Shown: positions 23,001 through 30,179 of the stretch, in pieces | Position numbering within the stretch: the stretch's first letter is position 1 | Layout: each line of letters begins with the position of its first letter | Assembly (NCBI GenBank): GCA_942493235.1 | Contig: OW818676.1 | Location: 345,584 to 409,583, forward strand | Length of the DNA stretch: 64,000 nt | Origin: an uncultured bacterium | GTDB lineage: Bacteria; Bacteroidota; Ignavibacteria; Kapaibacteriales; UBA2268 | Direction: 5' to 3' | The notes under the pieces: generated by a model | What the model saw: the letters and a program-made list of their open reading frames with translations, nothing else | Database searches by the model: none | What the model was told of the DNA's origin: nothing | Translations under genes and position numbers: made by a program

Positions 23001-23126
23001 TCGCACTTCATCTGACGCTATTCGCCCCGAGACTGGTGCTTCGGGTCTGCTTTGACCTCGAGCTGAAATCAGCCCTATTGTCAACAACATAACCGAAAGG
23101 AAACTCATACGAAACAATCGACGCAT
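14055..23126 (-). CDS. Giant (3023 aa) T9SS cargo protein: Pmp-like GGAI beta-helix repeats plus two Ycf48/BNR (sortilin-like) beta-propellers plus T9SS CTD
   Basis: Uninterrupted 9.07-kb ORF with a GGAGG SD. Signal peptide. Many 'GGA(I/V/L)Y' / 'N.A..GGA' repeats, as in chlamydial polymorphic membrane proteins. Two blocks of 'S/T-x-D-x-G-x-T/S-W' BNR repeats (~aa 830-1100 and 2300-2560). C-terminal 'GTYTVRMISGTVTSTYQVKIVR' CTD. Confidence 0.85.
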   Translation of the reverse strand: MRRLFRMSFLSVMLLTIGLISARGQSRPEAPVSGRIASDEVRIFSKDTIYKVEYQLVVAGTLIIEPGTTLKFAPNGRIIDSTGGRLIADAYANASYTAKPDGIDPMPGNNNKGWTGYADLNYFLYGNTIVPATANEPTIHADKRNHVYNVVLNKTTRGLRDFSINNGGRSFTLGADEVIIPFEKAIVYRLAGLQDVTDPVNDIRNNLPFRRPNTSADISIISNPINFIGQVTNNFTREKGHIIILPGARAAFFRGCNFENMRKDTTVDNNGYYANAPYATAMNSKMIKMLNGAGGAISTFSSRTWLVNCNFSHNMARNAGGALQILQTPEGFPTSASYAGLPVYPADKNPNITEINGDPSNYNTNIKRIDNLDESSATPEYLTDYERQAYDDARLSVLLGRMRNLKFDYNQALLSNVKIKYFGSIPVIVDDDSTFCVYPQNYGNFAKGGALFIAGRTTVGNQMEIALGVNTKIKTTSGVLTLAEFDTVEFNSNFAKNYQMNLGSEGAMGGAIYLGANTSLLVAGKFNSNEAVSPFMGEPVVAANTGKYAKGGAIYQENTLARLQVRSYPVKTLIVYPTLFSKNKAGNGGAIYVNGNDDATMSPIIGGSDRFPKTRDYGYNIKFEDNVATAEGGAIYTRRNMRINGAGGVDVASNDLIGYSDDFRVIFDRNEAGYSGGAVTIDLPFVEPALPAAKRAIHFARVLFRENKVGYNITESLNRAQVRGGGAVYSCNADMNVVKGVEFNSNSLKNGNGGALAMVHPVSFTRRFFVSDLDVISYDANGVAQDYTSYNDPFIHNHETAAYAADARMLTRFLDNVAEYDDDMLESQNGTGITQITSGTVVTNATINAVEFVDALNGIAVGTQGTIIKLSNAGAVWEYRNLTTPHNLKGIHFTTNLIGYIVGDRGLVLKTVDAGNNWTEVRPATSNYNLHAITFINSLDGYAVGQFGKMIKTNNSGATWTEITSRTVNNLNAVKFIGVNTGYAVGNGGTILSTIDGGLNWEVLSANTRANFNSIYFTDNTNGFIAGEGVIFKTVNGGAAWNNVYADGTKNFKSITFTGLNNGYAVGTFGTMLVTNDAGTTWNNTDVKLNNNKVYNTFNEIFFATPATAVIGGDNGLMVRTTNTGADWSAVLPINIATVDVKRYHPGVNMRENGIGLGGAIYILDSVSTRSALKDDYIKFNRVRIENNSAFTGSAVYSDNFDLKLVFSRSLVYGNEAKSNIGMNQNAISGPALDLNKDNVIEGNYASSDLAGAALYGEIVGPLPYESTSWAGNSFYGNNSRFLIRLPDAPNTKGALAGSNVGLGGIDTLRGNYWGKSEADVTMYIDNLKDLNYPGRTFENMPTFFVDKCDQNYLTYRFNATDLDTLKQGPFEVNGTFTRFGIIGESITKFSYIPVPLRNGTSENQVGSNSIPEKYLFSGRVYDLFDKGTDIKVADYANRRLSPIEDFAVGIPVRLRVHQDDLHPNNQTYLTRWLRDPAVVEATNADGTIKYPMIAALQGEWRPNKNGEFYHPVGYPLFLEAKVNYDGDIEQSNHDTRLLNESVFFVINETTGDFIRTNMKQVAEDGINWETFRSRVELIPDMTKRNSQTTIRRSAEKLLNLGIGDVLLYALKSNPSKEDSASLQGRKYYGHKEEMGGRYMTGQTTPGITDLYINKDNWAPSNENTATYFGGEKYQALPVDTGDVVRIISRTMLWKYGVVKAFDEGISFKVTRSIMPPDFTGDVVKLQNLANEQWRNKVLVTEDRTYPVNDGTYSSLGYAAGRDSILTITAIDNNNMYDPRALDVATADYYAKLKYSLYLNGETALSRWLRYTIIPAGQPGNENEKDSANGYMVLRGTPMNPYVVPSGENATVKVENFPPHVVTINALKNLYGQDTLDKFIYIFPPYMHAPNYDVDELATIARYLQQDTINYASTYYREYTFKIFTIDSTPRFLSYNSDPEVFYKDVNYNPVKNMPEMYQDSNSVRVMYLPSVYRNGFCAETKDNKLIASLTDKLRLQADFNTDDEAEDYWAKTIDAWDFKFGKTSYGFYNIARRDNPDESVITDEVIQTRPIWMANDNIYKFNDETNKDQFAADFTSNGQLNIRLDGATARDILGVREDINNAMNLDTVFTVVANDGHGGMTMMPVDVYVNVAPTIKNTTAGDRLPDAKEGEEYNPGLNDPTKKINIYDPNYDQNHRFELIYPNDTRNKIPKDPCFSEAGYWNISDKKTTPSWLKINPNSGILYGTPSVSDNIIPNQEQEVTVLVWDLIEQEIPKQKINTLEATATNVFAIGQNGTIIRVNKSNKDWSFIKVSGIEAFNLFDISFVDNTGYIVGSNGLILKTNDGGSTWNIKNTTYRTFNLKSVDFFDADNGVVVGEQGKVFTTIDGGNTWTEKKTDFTTTYNKVKMLSASNFVILGAGGRGIRTTNSGTTFSNVTTSVTSDILDAYFINNLKGFAVTNSNVLNTDDGGASWTSKSIGMNSINGIGYFDINDNVNFTASDKANNVFISANKGQFAFTKDAGATWNVKDAPASNIVTKWNYGKDNLDSIGLNDVLMLTSNSGLFVGTDGVVASFTTTDRVGDPKDSLIAVPVILTTKNQDMLSAVRTFKMIVDTVLHKPIITDETKPLCIDLGTTTFVDTLYVFDQDLKRPNFGEEVTIKVISPLDPNWKIRPSKVTKDSTWTIDPQSNDTIWLEKVPFFLYYDGALNTVNSTTPGFFTVVIEARDKDGHTDTLTISYRYSEKPDFISVVTIANALGQFDELKWGTAFNTTDKPVTTGEGILINGEITGEGNLDSIYCEYELPPVPYLDIFDARWVIPLRKGLSRNIHPRCLGGASASLGAFRATFQSGGESAGASDHFPIYISWRKSEIPSRNDLTINPAGSVWYITDAPSQGDVFYIDMKRGEGRYNAACNLISSPSEDIVTIQLNENTANGINIVYDCIGSLDVKHSDNITEGIQSAVPNPIETSTTINFGVKEYANVTIEIYDAIGNSVNTLANDFFSAGYHSIQWDGLDFTGRQLASGTYTVRMISGTVTSTYQVKIVR

Positions 23127-23316
23127 ATAACCTCCGTTATATAAAATAATGTTATTTAATAAAAATATTTATTTGTATATCTATATTATCTATTTTTTGA
23201 TTTTTTTCTAAAATTCTTTGAATTTTCTATTTTCTTTTCAGAATTGGACAGAAAATCCCATAAAAATCATCAAAAAATGTGTAATTAAGTTTTCAAAAAA
23301 CTATTCAAACTTACAA

Positions 23317-24051
23317 TTATTCAATAATTGTGCCAAGTCTTGTCAAGCCTGATTTTGCTCTTGCAACGAAATCGGCTGTTTTATTTTCGCCGATGATACT
23401 TTTATATATTTTGATGGCTTCGTCTTTTTTGCCAAGTTGCTCATTGCATAAGCCAATATAATACTCGTATCTGTTTTTTGAAGCAAAATTTGTATTGTTT
23501 TCAACAGCTTTTTGATAATTTGTAATAGCGTCATCATATTTTCCGCGGGCTTCCGATACCGCTCCAATACCTGCATAAGCACCTTCTAATACTAATTTCG
23601 AATCTGCATCTGTCGCTATTTTATAGTATTTAGTGGATTCTTCATATTTCCCGGTTAAGTAAAAACAATTTCCGGCATATAATGCGGCAAGCTTACCCTG
23701 AGGTGTACCGTCATATTTCTGCACTATTTCAACTAAACCAATAATTTTTTCCCCACGAATTGTCATAGTCTTATCACCATATAATGCAGCCTGTATAGAT
23801 TGTGCATCTTTAGCTTGATAGAATGGTAACACTCGTGAAAGTGCCGTACCGGCTTTCTCTTGATTCTCACGAGCTACTTTGCCCATATAATCAATACCGA
23901 AATATACTATTACTACTAATAGTACTGCACCTATTGACACCCAACTCACTATTTTCCTGTTGTGTAGTACGAAGTGATTAATCCTATGTGCTAGACCTTG
24001 AGGGGCTTCTACTTCATTTTGTAGAATTTCGTCCTTATTCTTATCTTCCAT
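23317..24051 (-). CDS. TPR-repeat membrane protein (YfgM-like, N-terminal TM anchor)
   Basis: AAGGAG SD. One TM helix near the N-terminus followed by TPR-like helical repeats. Confidence 0.55.
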   Translation of the reverse strand: MEDKNKDEILQNEVEAPQGLAHRINHFVLHNRKIVSWVSIGAVLLVVIVYFGIDYMGKVARENQEKAGTALSRVLPFYQAKDAQSIQAALYGDKTMTIRGEKIIGLVEIVQKYDGTPQGKLAALYAGNCFYLTGKYEESTKYYKIATDADSKLVLEGAYAGIGAVSEARGKYDDAITNYQKAVENNTNFASKNRYEYYIGLCNEQLGKKDEAIKIYKSIIGENKTADFVARAKSGLTRLGTIIE

Positions 24052-24136
24052 CTGTATTCTATAACTCCTTATATATTATATATTTATTATATTCATGTCA
24101 AATTACTTTTCGTAACTAAAGCTCCTTTTTTTGAAG

Positions 24137-24210
24137 CACGCCCGAAGGGATTCGAACCCCCAACCTTTGGAATCGGAATCCAGAGCTCTATCCAATTGAG
24201 CTACGGGCGC
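24137..24210 (-). tRNA. tRNA-Arg (anticodon CCG)
   Basis: Reverse complement folds as a cloverleaf: acceptor GCGCCCG/CGGGCGT, D-arm GCTC..GAGC, anticodon loop TTCCGAT, T-arm GGGGG-TTCGAAT-CCCTT. CCA is not encoded. Confidence 0.85.
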
Positions 24211-24233
24211 AAAATTGCACACTTATTTAGGTA

Positions 24234-24265
24234 CAAATATACACACTTTGCCAATTTTTTTCAAA
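24234..24265 (-). promoter_or_regulatory. Bacteroidetes-type sigma-A promoter (TTTG-N20-TATATTTG) upstream of tRNA-Arg
   Basis: On the minus strand, TTTG (24262-24265) lies 20 nt from TATATTTG (24234-24241), ~23 nt upstream of the mature tRNA 5' end. Confidence 0.35.
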
Positions 24266-24377
24266 TGGCTAATTACTAAAATAATAAAACTAAAGCAAAT
24301 AATTACTATAAAAATTCAAATTATGTATAATTTTTAAAATTTCTTACTTCACAGTGTCAAGTTTATTGCACACTTTG

Positions 24378-26492
24378 CTAAAACTTGACAATTTTGTTTA
24401 CAATTTCCACTACATTTTTGCTATTTGGTAAAATTGCTGTTTCATAACTTTTTGCAAACCCTACTGGAGTATTTTTTGCTCCAAGTCTTAAAACAGGCGA
24501 ATCTAAATATTTAAACATATTTTCGTTAATATCGGCTGCCAATTCTCCCCCAAATCCACCAAAAACTTTATCCTCATGAAATACTAAACATCTGCCCGTC
24601 TTTTTTACGGATTCATAGACAGTCTCTCTGTCCCATGGTACTAATGAACGCAAATCAATTACTTCTGCAGAAATTCCCTGCTCTGCTAATTCTTTTGCTG
24701 CTATTAACGACAAATGTACCGGAGTGCCATAAGTAACTATGCTGATATCCGAACCTACTCTTCTAATCTTAGCTTTGCCAAATGGAATTATAAAATCTTC
24801 AGGTGGTGCTGAAGTATATGCTCCTTTAAAATTATATAAGTACTTAGGTTCTAGAAACAATGTTACCCCATTTGAGCGGATTGAATTTCTTAATAGTCCG
24901 ACCGCATCGTCAGCAAAAGCTGAAGTTACCACTCTAATTCCGGGTAATGTCGCAAAAGTACTTTCTAAATTCTGTGAATGATATAGTCCGCCCTGTATAT
25001 ATCCACCGCTTGCAAGCCTAATTGTTATATTCGGGGAATACTGTCCGGCTGTTCTCCAATACTCATGAGATGTCTCTACTAATTGCTCCATAGCGGGCCA
25101 AAAATAGTCGGCAAACTCCGCCCCTTCAACTACTATTCGAGCTTCAGGTTTATAACGGCAGAAACCGTTTGCTGTGCCAACTATGGCATCTTCTGCAATA
25201 GGTGCGTTGAACACTCTCTCGCGTCCGAACTCTTCGGGCATTCCTTTGACTACATTAAATACTCCGCCCTTGCCTATATCTTGTCCCCATAAATATGTAT
25301 TCGGGTTGAGGCGAAACTCCGCCTTTAATGTTGAATTGATTGCCTCTAAATAGCTAATTTGTTTCTCTGTTTGAATATATGACTTTTCAGTATTATCAGA
25401 AATTTCCGCAAAAGCTTTAGGAACTAAAAATTGCATATATTTACTGCCGTCTGCATTTGGAGCTAATTCGGCTTTATCTGCTGCACTGAAAATTTCTTCT
25501 TTATTATTTTCTTCAATTGCTATCGCCTCTTTTTCAGTGAGAATCCCTCTATTTATAACATTATATCTGAACTGCATTAACGGGTCGCGTAGTTTTACTG
25601 TCAATAACTCTTCAGCTGAGCGGTAAAGTTCATGCCTGTCCGAATTCGAATGCGAACCGACTCTATCACAATCTGCATGAATAAATGCAGGACCGAAACC
25701 ATTTAGGGCATATTGTTTTGCTTTCTCTAATGCACGATAAGCATCAAACGGGTCTCGTCCGTCGCAGTTGATGATCAGAAGGTCTTTCATCCCTTTATAA
25801 TTTTCAGATGTTACCTGATTTGCTGTTTGGTCAGTCAGAGGTACTGATATTCCGTATTTGTTATTCTGCACTACAAATATAACAGGAAGTTTCTCTAATG
25901 TAGATACATTTAATGCTTCCCAGAAATATCCTTCCGAACTGGCTGATTCCCCGCTTGAATAATAGGCTACTTCATCTCCATTGTATTTCTTGATAGCACG
26001 GGCAACTCCTGTGGCATGAAGTGAGTGATTACCTGTACAAGAAGATACATTTTGAATATTTATTGATGGCTTTGCAAAATGATTGCTCATGTGCCTGCCG
26101 CCACCTGCTACGTCAGTGTCTTTGCTTAATCCGTTTAGTATTATTTCTTCTGGAGTGATTCCTGCTGCAAGCGAAGTCATTAAATCACGATAATATGGAA
26201 ACAAATAATCCTTTTTCTGTCGAAATATTGAGCCCAGAGCTAATTGAATGCCATCATGACCGGCAAATGGAGCGTGATATGACCAGCCTTTTGCCATTTT
26301 CAGATATAGGGCTGCCTTTTCATCAAGCTTTCTGCCAAGGTGCATCAGCTGATACCACTTTTTTACAGTCTCGTTATCGAAGCCCTCCATGTCGAATTTG
26401 CTGTATAATACTACTTCGACTTCTTTACCAAGAATTTCCATTTTTACTTTTTGATGTTTGCTCAAATTATCTTCCGGAGACTTCTTAGCCAT
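24378..26492 (-). CDS. Fused E1 alpha/beta thiamine-diphosphate 2-oxoacid dehydrogenase component
   Basis: N-terminal E1-alpha TPP-binding region and C-terminal E1-beta transketolase-like region in one 704-aa chain. Start placed at MAKKSPED (ATG 26492); the track ORF extends to 26585. Confidence 0.8.
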   Translation of the reverse strand: MAKKSPEDNLSKHQKVKMEILGKEVEVVLYSKFDMEGFDNETVKKWYQLMHLGRKLDEKAALYLKMAKGWSYHAPFAGHDGIQLALGSIFRQKKDYLFPYYRDLMTSLAAGITPEEIILNGLSKDTDVAGGGRHMSNHFAKPSINIQNVSSCTGNHSLHATGVARAIKKYNGDEVAYYSSGESASSEGYFWEALNVSTLEKLPVIFVVQNNKYGISVPLTDQTANQVTSENYKGMKDLLIINCDGRDPFDAYRALEKAKQYALNGFGPAFIHADCDRVGSHSNSDRHELYRSAEELLTVKLRDPLMQFRYNVINRGILTEKEAIAIEENNKEEIFSAADKAELAPNADGSKYMQFLVPKAFAEISDNTEKSYIQTEKQISYLEAINSTLKAEFRLNPNTYLWGQDIGKGGVFNVVKGMPEEFGRERVFNAPIAEDAIVGTANGFCRYKPEARIVVEGAEFADYFWPAMEQLVETSHEYWRTAGQYSPNITIRLASGGYIQGGLYHSQNLESTFATLPGIRVVTSAFADDAVGLLRNSIRSNGVTLFLEPKYLYNFKGAYTSAPPEDFIIPFGKAKIRRVGSDISIVTYGTPVHLSLIAAKELAEQGISAEVIDLRSLVPWDRETVYESVKKTGRCLVFHEDKVFGGFGGELAADINENMFKYLDSPVLRLGAKNTPVGFAKSYETAILPNSKNVVEIVNKIVKF

Positions 26493-26660
26493 AATAACCT
26501 CTGATTTATATATTAATGTTGTTTTGCGTATTTTTACTTCTATAAAAAAACATTTTAGTATAAACGAACAATTTAGATTTATCATTTATTTATAGATATT
26601 TTATTTTATTGCTATGATAGTAATTCAAAATTTATTGATATAGCTATTTTCCCAATATCT

Positions 26661-27060
26661 CCCACTGAAGAGTCTGTGTAAATACTACTATGATACTGCA
26701 ATTTTCCGCATTTTTTATCTCCCTCACTAATCAACCCCACGCTGAAGAGCCTGTGTAAAAAGAGAAAATAATTCAATTATAAGAAATCCAAGAAGCTGTC
26801 ATTCTGAACGAAGTGAAGAATCCAGATAAAGCTAAATATTGATAATTCTGGATTCTTCGTTGAACTCAGAATGAAGATTTGGTAAATTTATAACTTCTTT
26901 GACAGCCCATTGATAGGAATTTATTTGATTTATGTTCTAACAATAATTACATTTTATTTCGTTTTTACACAGCCTCTTCAGTGTGGGGTTGAATTTAGGG
27001 ATTCAGATATTTGAAACAGCTATTAAGTTCATATCAACCTGACGGTTAACCGTCAGGTTG
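26661..27060. repeat. Mosaic intergenic repeat, family 1 (modules: partial B, B, H hairpin, inverted B, palindrome P)
   Basis: B = caaccccacgctgaagagcctgtgtaaaaa (26733-26762), inverted B at 26963-26991, H hairpin 26798-26874, P = caacctgacggttaaccgtcaggttg (27035-27060). The same modules recur at 33.7, 41.6, 52.8 and 63.8 kb. Confidence 0.8.
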
Positions 27061-27131
27061 TATAATTTTTTACATCATTTAATGCGAGTTTTGCAAAAAT
27101 CTAATGATATTATTGATTTGAATTTTTTTCA

Positions 27132-27163
27132 AGCTGCCGAAACAAAATAAAGCTTCGGCAGCT
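27132..27163 (-). terminator. Hairpin (agctgccgaa-N12-ttcggcagct) 3' of nadE/asparaginase-like operon
   Basis: 10-bp stem 26 nt downstream of the 27189 stop. No canonical U-tract. Confidence 0.3.
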
Positions 27164-27188
27164 GAATCGGAAGTTAAAAATACTAAGG

Positions 27189-27677
27189 TTATTTTATTTC
27201 TTCAAATTCGCCAATTTTTTTATTTTTCCTGCAATTGTCCCAAGTAAATACTCTACCGTTCATAGAGATATAAACACCTGCGGGCAAAGTCTGAACAAAT
27301 GCAATTGCACTGCCGAGGTTGAATAGCCCGTCCGAGCTACCGAATTTATAAGGTATCATCGCACCGGTCAATACGATAGTTTTATCTTTTACTTTTTCGG
27401 CTATTACTTTGGCAGTTTCTACCATAGTGTCTGTGCCGTGAGTTACTATAATTTGATTATCTTCGGATTTTAAGCAGTTCAGAGCGATTAACTCTCTGTC
27501 TGAATCTGATAAATCAATACTGTCTATCATCATCAGGGTTCTGATTTCAATTGGGGCTTTGGAACGACCCAATTTAAGCATTTCATTAACGTGGGTATCT
27601 TTAAAATACAATTGTCCGTTAAGTTCATTATATTCTTTATCGAAAGTACCACCGGTTACAAATAGTCTAATTGCCAT
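27189..27677 (-). CDS. Asparaginase N-terminal-domain protein (short, 162 aa)
   Basis: 'VTGGTF' and 'HGTDTM' asparaginase/glutaminase motifs. Lacks the C-terminal domain. 22 nt downstream of nadE. Confidence 0.6.
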   Translation of the reverse strand: MAIRLFVTGGTFDKEYNELNGQLYFKDTHVNEMLKLGRSKAPIEIRTLMMIDSIDLSDSDRELIALNCLKSEDNQIIVTHGTDTMVETAKVIAEKVKDKTIVLTGAMIPYKFGSSDGLFNLGSAIAFVQTLPAGVYISMNGRVFTWDNCRKNKKIGEFEEIK

Positions 27678-27698
27678 AATTTATTTATATAATTGTTA

Positions 27699-29666
27699 TT
27701 AATATTGGTCTATATTTTGTTTTATTTCTTTTATTTCTTCTAACCATAAGGTAACTTCGGCATCTGTAGGCATTCTCCAGTCTCCTCTTGGCGACAATGC
27801 CACAGTACCAATTTTAGGTCCGTCTGGAATACAAGTTCTCTTAAATTGATAACGGAAAAATCTCTTATAGAATACCGACATCCAATTTAAAATGACATCT
27901 GCCTCGTACATACCCTTGAATGCCTGACGAGCAAATACGAATAATTTCTTAGGAGAGAAATGGAACCTAAAGAAATGATATAAGAAGAAATCGTGAAGTA
28001 TATAAGGTCCTACAGATTTCTCTGTTTCTTGAGCAATCTCGCCGTTTTCTTTAGCCGGTAATAATTCGGGAGAAATCGGAGTATTGCATATATCTTTTAA
28101 TACTTTAGCTATCTCGCCGTCATAATAGACATCGGCACACCATTCAATTACATATTTTACTAATGTTTTCGGTACACCACAGTTTACATTATACATTGAT
28201 ATATGGTCAGCATTATATGTACTCCAGCCTAATGCAATTTCGGATAAATCCCCAGTGCCGAGAACAATGCCACATACTTGATTAGATATATCCATCAAGA
28301 TTTTAGTTCTCTCGCGAGCTTGAGAATTTTCATATACTATACTGTGGTCGTTTACATCGTGCCCAATATCTTCAAAATGTTGCAATACTGCTTTATCAAT
28401 CGAAATTATTCTATATGGCAACCCTAACAGTTCAGCAAGTCTAATTGCATTTGATTTCGTGCGATTCGTAGTACCGAAGCCGGGCATAATTATATTATGG
28501 ATGCCACTAAAGTCATATCCAAGTAGCTTAAATGTTTTATGAGCTACAAGCAATGCCAAAGTAGAATCTAATCCGCCGGAAAGTCCCAAGACAATATTAT
28601 TTAAGTTAATAGCCTTCAATCTTTTAGCTAATGCCGTCGATTGAAGATTGAAAATTTCTTCGCAAGTCTCGGAGCGTTTTTTCTCGTTTGGAGAAACAAA
28701 CGGATTCGGATTGATAAATCTTCTTATTTCATCAAGTTTGATTTTAGGCAAATTGAACTGTATTGTTCTAAATCGCTTTGTTGTAGAAGACTTAGAGAAG
28801 GAATTATTCTTTTGTCTTTCAGTATTCATTCTCTCGAAGTCAACATCGGAATAAGCTATATCAGTATCAAAACGGAATCTTTCTGTTTCTGAAAGTAATA
28901 CGCCGTTTTCTGCAATAATCGAATGACCGGAAAAAACTAAATCCGTAGAGCTTTCGCCCGGACCGGTAGAACTATATATATATGCCGCATTACATTTTGC
29001 AGACTGTGATAGAACTAATTTTCGTCGATAATCACTTTTGCCGAGGTATTCATCGCTTGCCGATAGATTAACCAATACATTGGCTCCGTTAATTGCAAGC
29101 TCGGAACTTGGCGGAATAACCGCCCATAAATCTTCGCAGATTTCAACACCGATTTTACAATCGGGAGTGCCGTCAAGCTCGAAAATCAAATCAGCTCCAA
29201 ATGGTACGTCTTCGCCATCGATTCTGATTGAATTAGATATTCTGTCGAATTCGCTGGCAAACCATCTTTCTTCATAATACTCATTAGTATTCGGCAGATA
29301 AGTTTTCGGTACTATGCCCTTGATTGAGCCATTTGAAATGAAAGCAGCACAATTGAATAATCGACTGTCTGCCATTAGAGGCAGACCGACTACAATCGTG
29401 CAACCGGCTTTTTTGGTCTCTTGTTTTAGCTTAACTATTGACTGCAATACTTTATCGGCTAATATTTTCTGATAGAATAAATCACCGCAAGAGTAAGAGG
29501 TTAGGCATAATTCAGGAAACACAATAAAGAAACAATCGTTTTCCTTAACCCTGCGGATACATTTAATTATCTCGTTTAAGTTATATTCTACATCTGCGAT
29601 TTTGTTCTCCATTGTTACGCAGGCGATTCTAAGCAAGCCAAATTTTCTTAAAGATAGAAATTCCAT
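27699..29666 (-). CDS. nadE: Glutamine-dependent NAD+ synthetase (nitrilase-family glutaminase domain plus NAD synthetase domain)
   Basis: N-terminal CN-hydrolase domain ('VGVEICEDLW'). C-terminal 'GLSGGLDSTLAL' PP-loop ATP pyrophosphatase. Confidence 0.85.
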   Translation of the reverse strand: MEFLSLRKFGLLRIACVTMENKIADVEYNLNEIIKCIRRVKENDCFFIVFPELCLTSYSCGDLFYQKILADKVLQSIVKLKQETKKAGCTIVVGLPLMADSRLFNCAAFISNGSIKGIVPKTYLPNTNEYYEERWFASEFDRISNSIRIDGEDVPFGADLIFELDGTPDCKIGVEICEDLWAVIPPSSELAINGANVLVNLSASDEYLGKSDYRRKLVLSQSAKCNAAYIYSSTGPGESSTDLVFSGHSIIAENGVLLSETERFRFDTDIAYSDVDFERMNTERQKNNSFSKSSTTKRFRTIQFNLPKIKLDEIRRFINPNPFVSPNEKKRSETCEEIFNLQSTALAKRLKAINLNNIVLGLSGGLDSTLALLVAHKTFKLLGYDFSGIHNIIMPGFGTTNRTKSNAIRLAELLGLPYRIISIDKAVLQHFEDIGHDVNDHSIVYENSQARERTKILMDISNQVCGIVLGTGDLSEIALGWSTYNADHISMYNVNCGVPKTLVKYVIEWCADVYYDGEIAKVLKDICNTPISPELLPAKENGEIAQETEKSVGPYILHDFFLYHFFRFHFSPKKLFVFARQAFKGMYEADVILNWMSVFYKRFFRYQFKRTCIPDGPKIGTVALSPRGDWRMPTDAEVTLWLEEIKEIKQNIDQY

Positions 29667-30179
29667 AAGCTGAACTTATCTTAATTCATAATAAGGATTA
29701 CAAATTTAATCAAATTTTGTCAATATAATTGCTTTAGATTTGATTTTTATAGAATTTATAAATTTTAAAGAATCAGTTGTTTTTTGATTTGTAGAAATGG
29801 TATTTGTATTAAGATTCATTTCCCGATTTTTAAACAATATTTGATTTTTCGTAATTCCATTAATTATATATTTTAGAGTCTTTTCATCAATCTATCAATA
29901 TAATTAATAGAGACTTAGAGGAAACCGAGTAATTACACATTTTGCCTCTGAATTTGGCACTGATATACATATAGACAATGGCTAACGTATGCCCAAAATG
30001 CCTAAAACCGAGAATGGACAAAAAACAATCTGAGCAAAGCCTTCGAAAAGTCAAATTCAAGTGAGTTTACTAAATATGTTTAAAAATCTTTGAGAATGCT
30101 ACTGCAATCAGTTGAATTGCAATATTGTTTGCTATGCTTCGTTTAAAATTTTTGTTATATTTCTTTGAGGAATCTTGAT

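Noticed and set aside
27189-27677. Calling the 162-aa protein a full L-asparaginase (ansA/ansB).
   Set aside because: Only the N-terminal catalytic-domain motifs are present, and the length is half that of true asparaginases. Annotated as an asparaginase-domain protein instead.
29667-30179. 500-bp non-coding gap upstream of the PIN gene as possible antitoxin or sRNA locus; 28-aa CPKC mini-ORF at 29971-30057.
   Set aside because: No SD. The peptide is too short and unconserved-looking to call. A weak similarity (gaatttggcact) to family-2 repeats suggests a repeat remnant rather than a gene.
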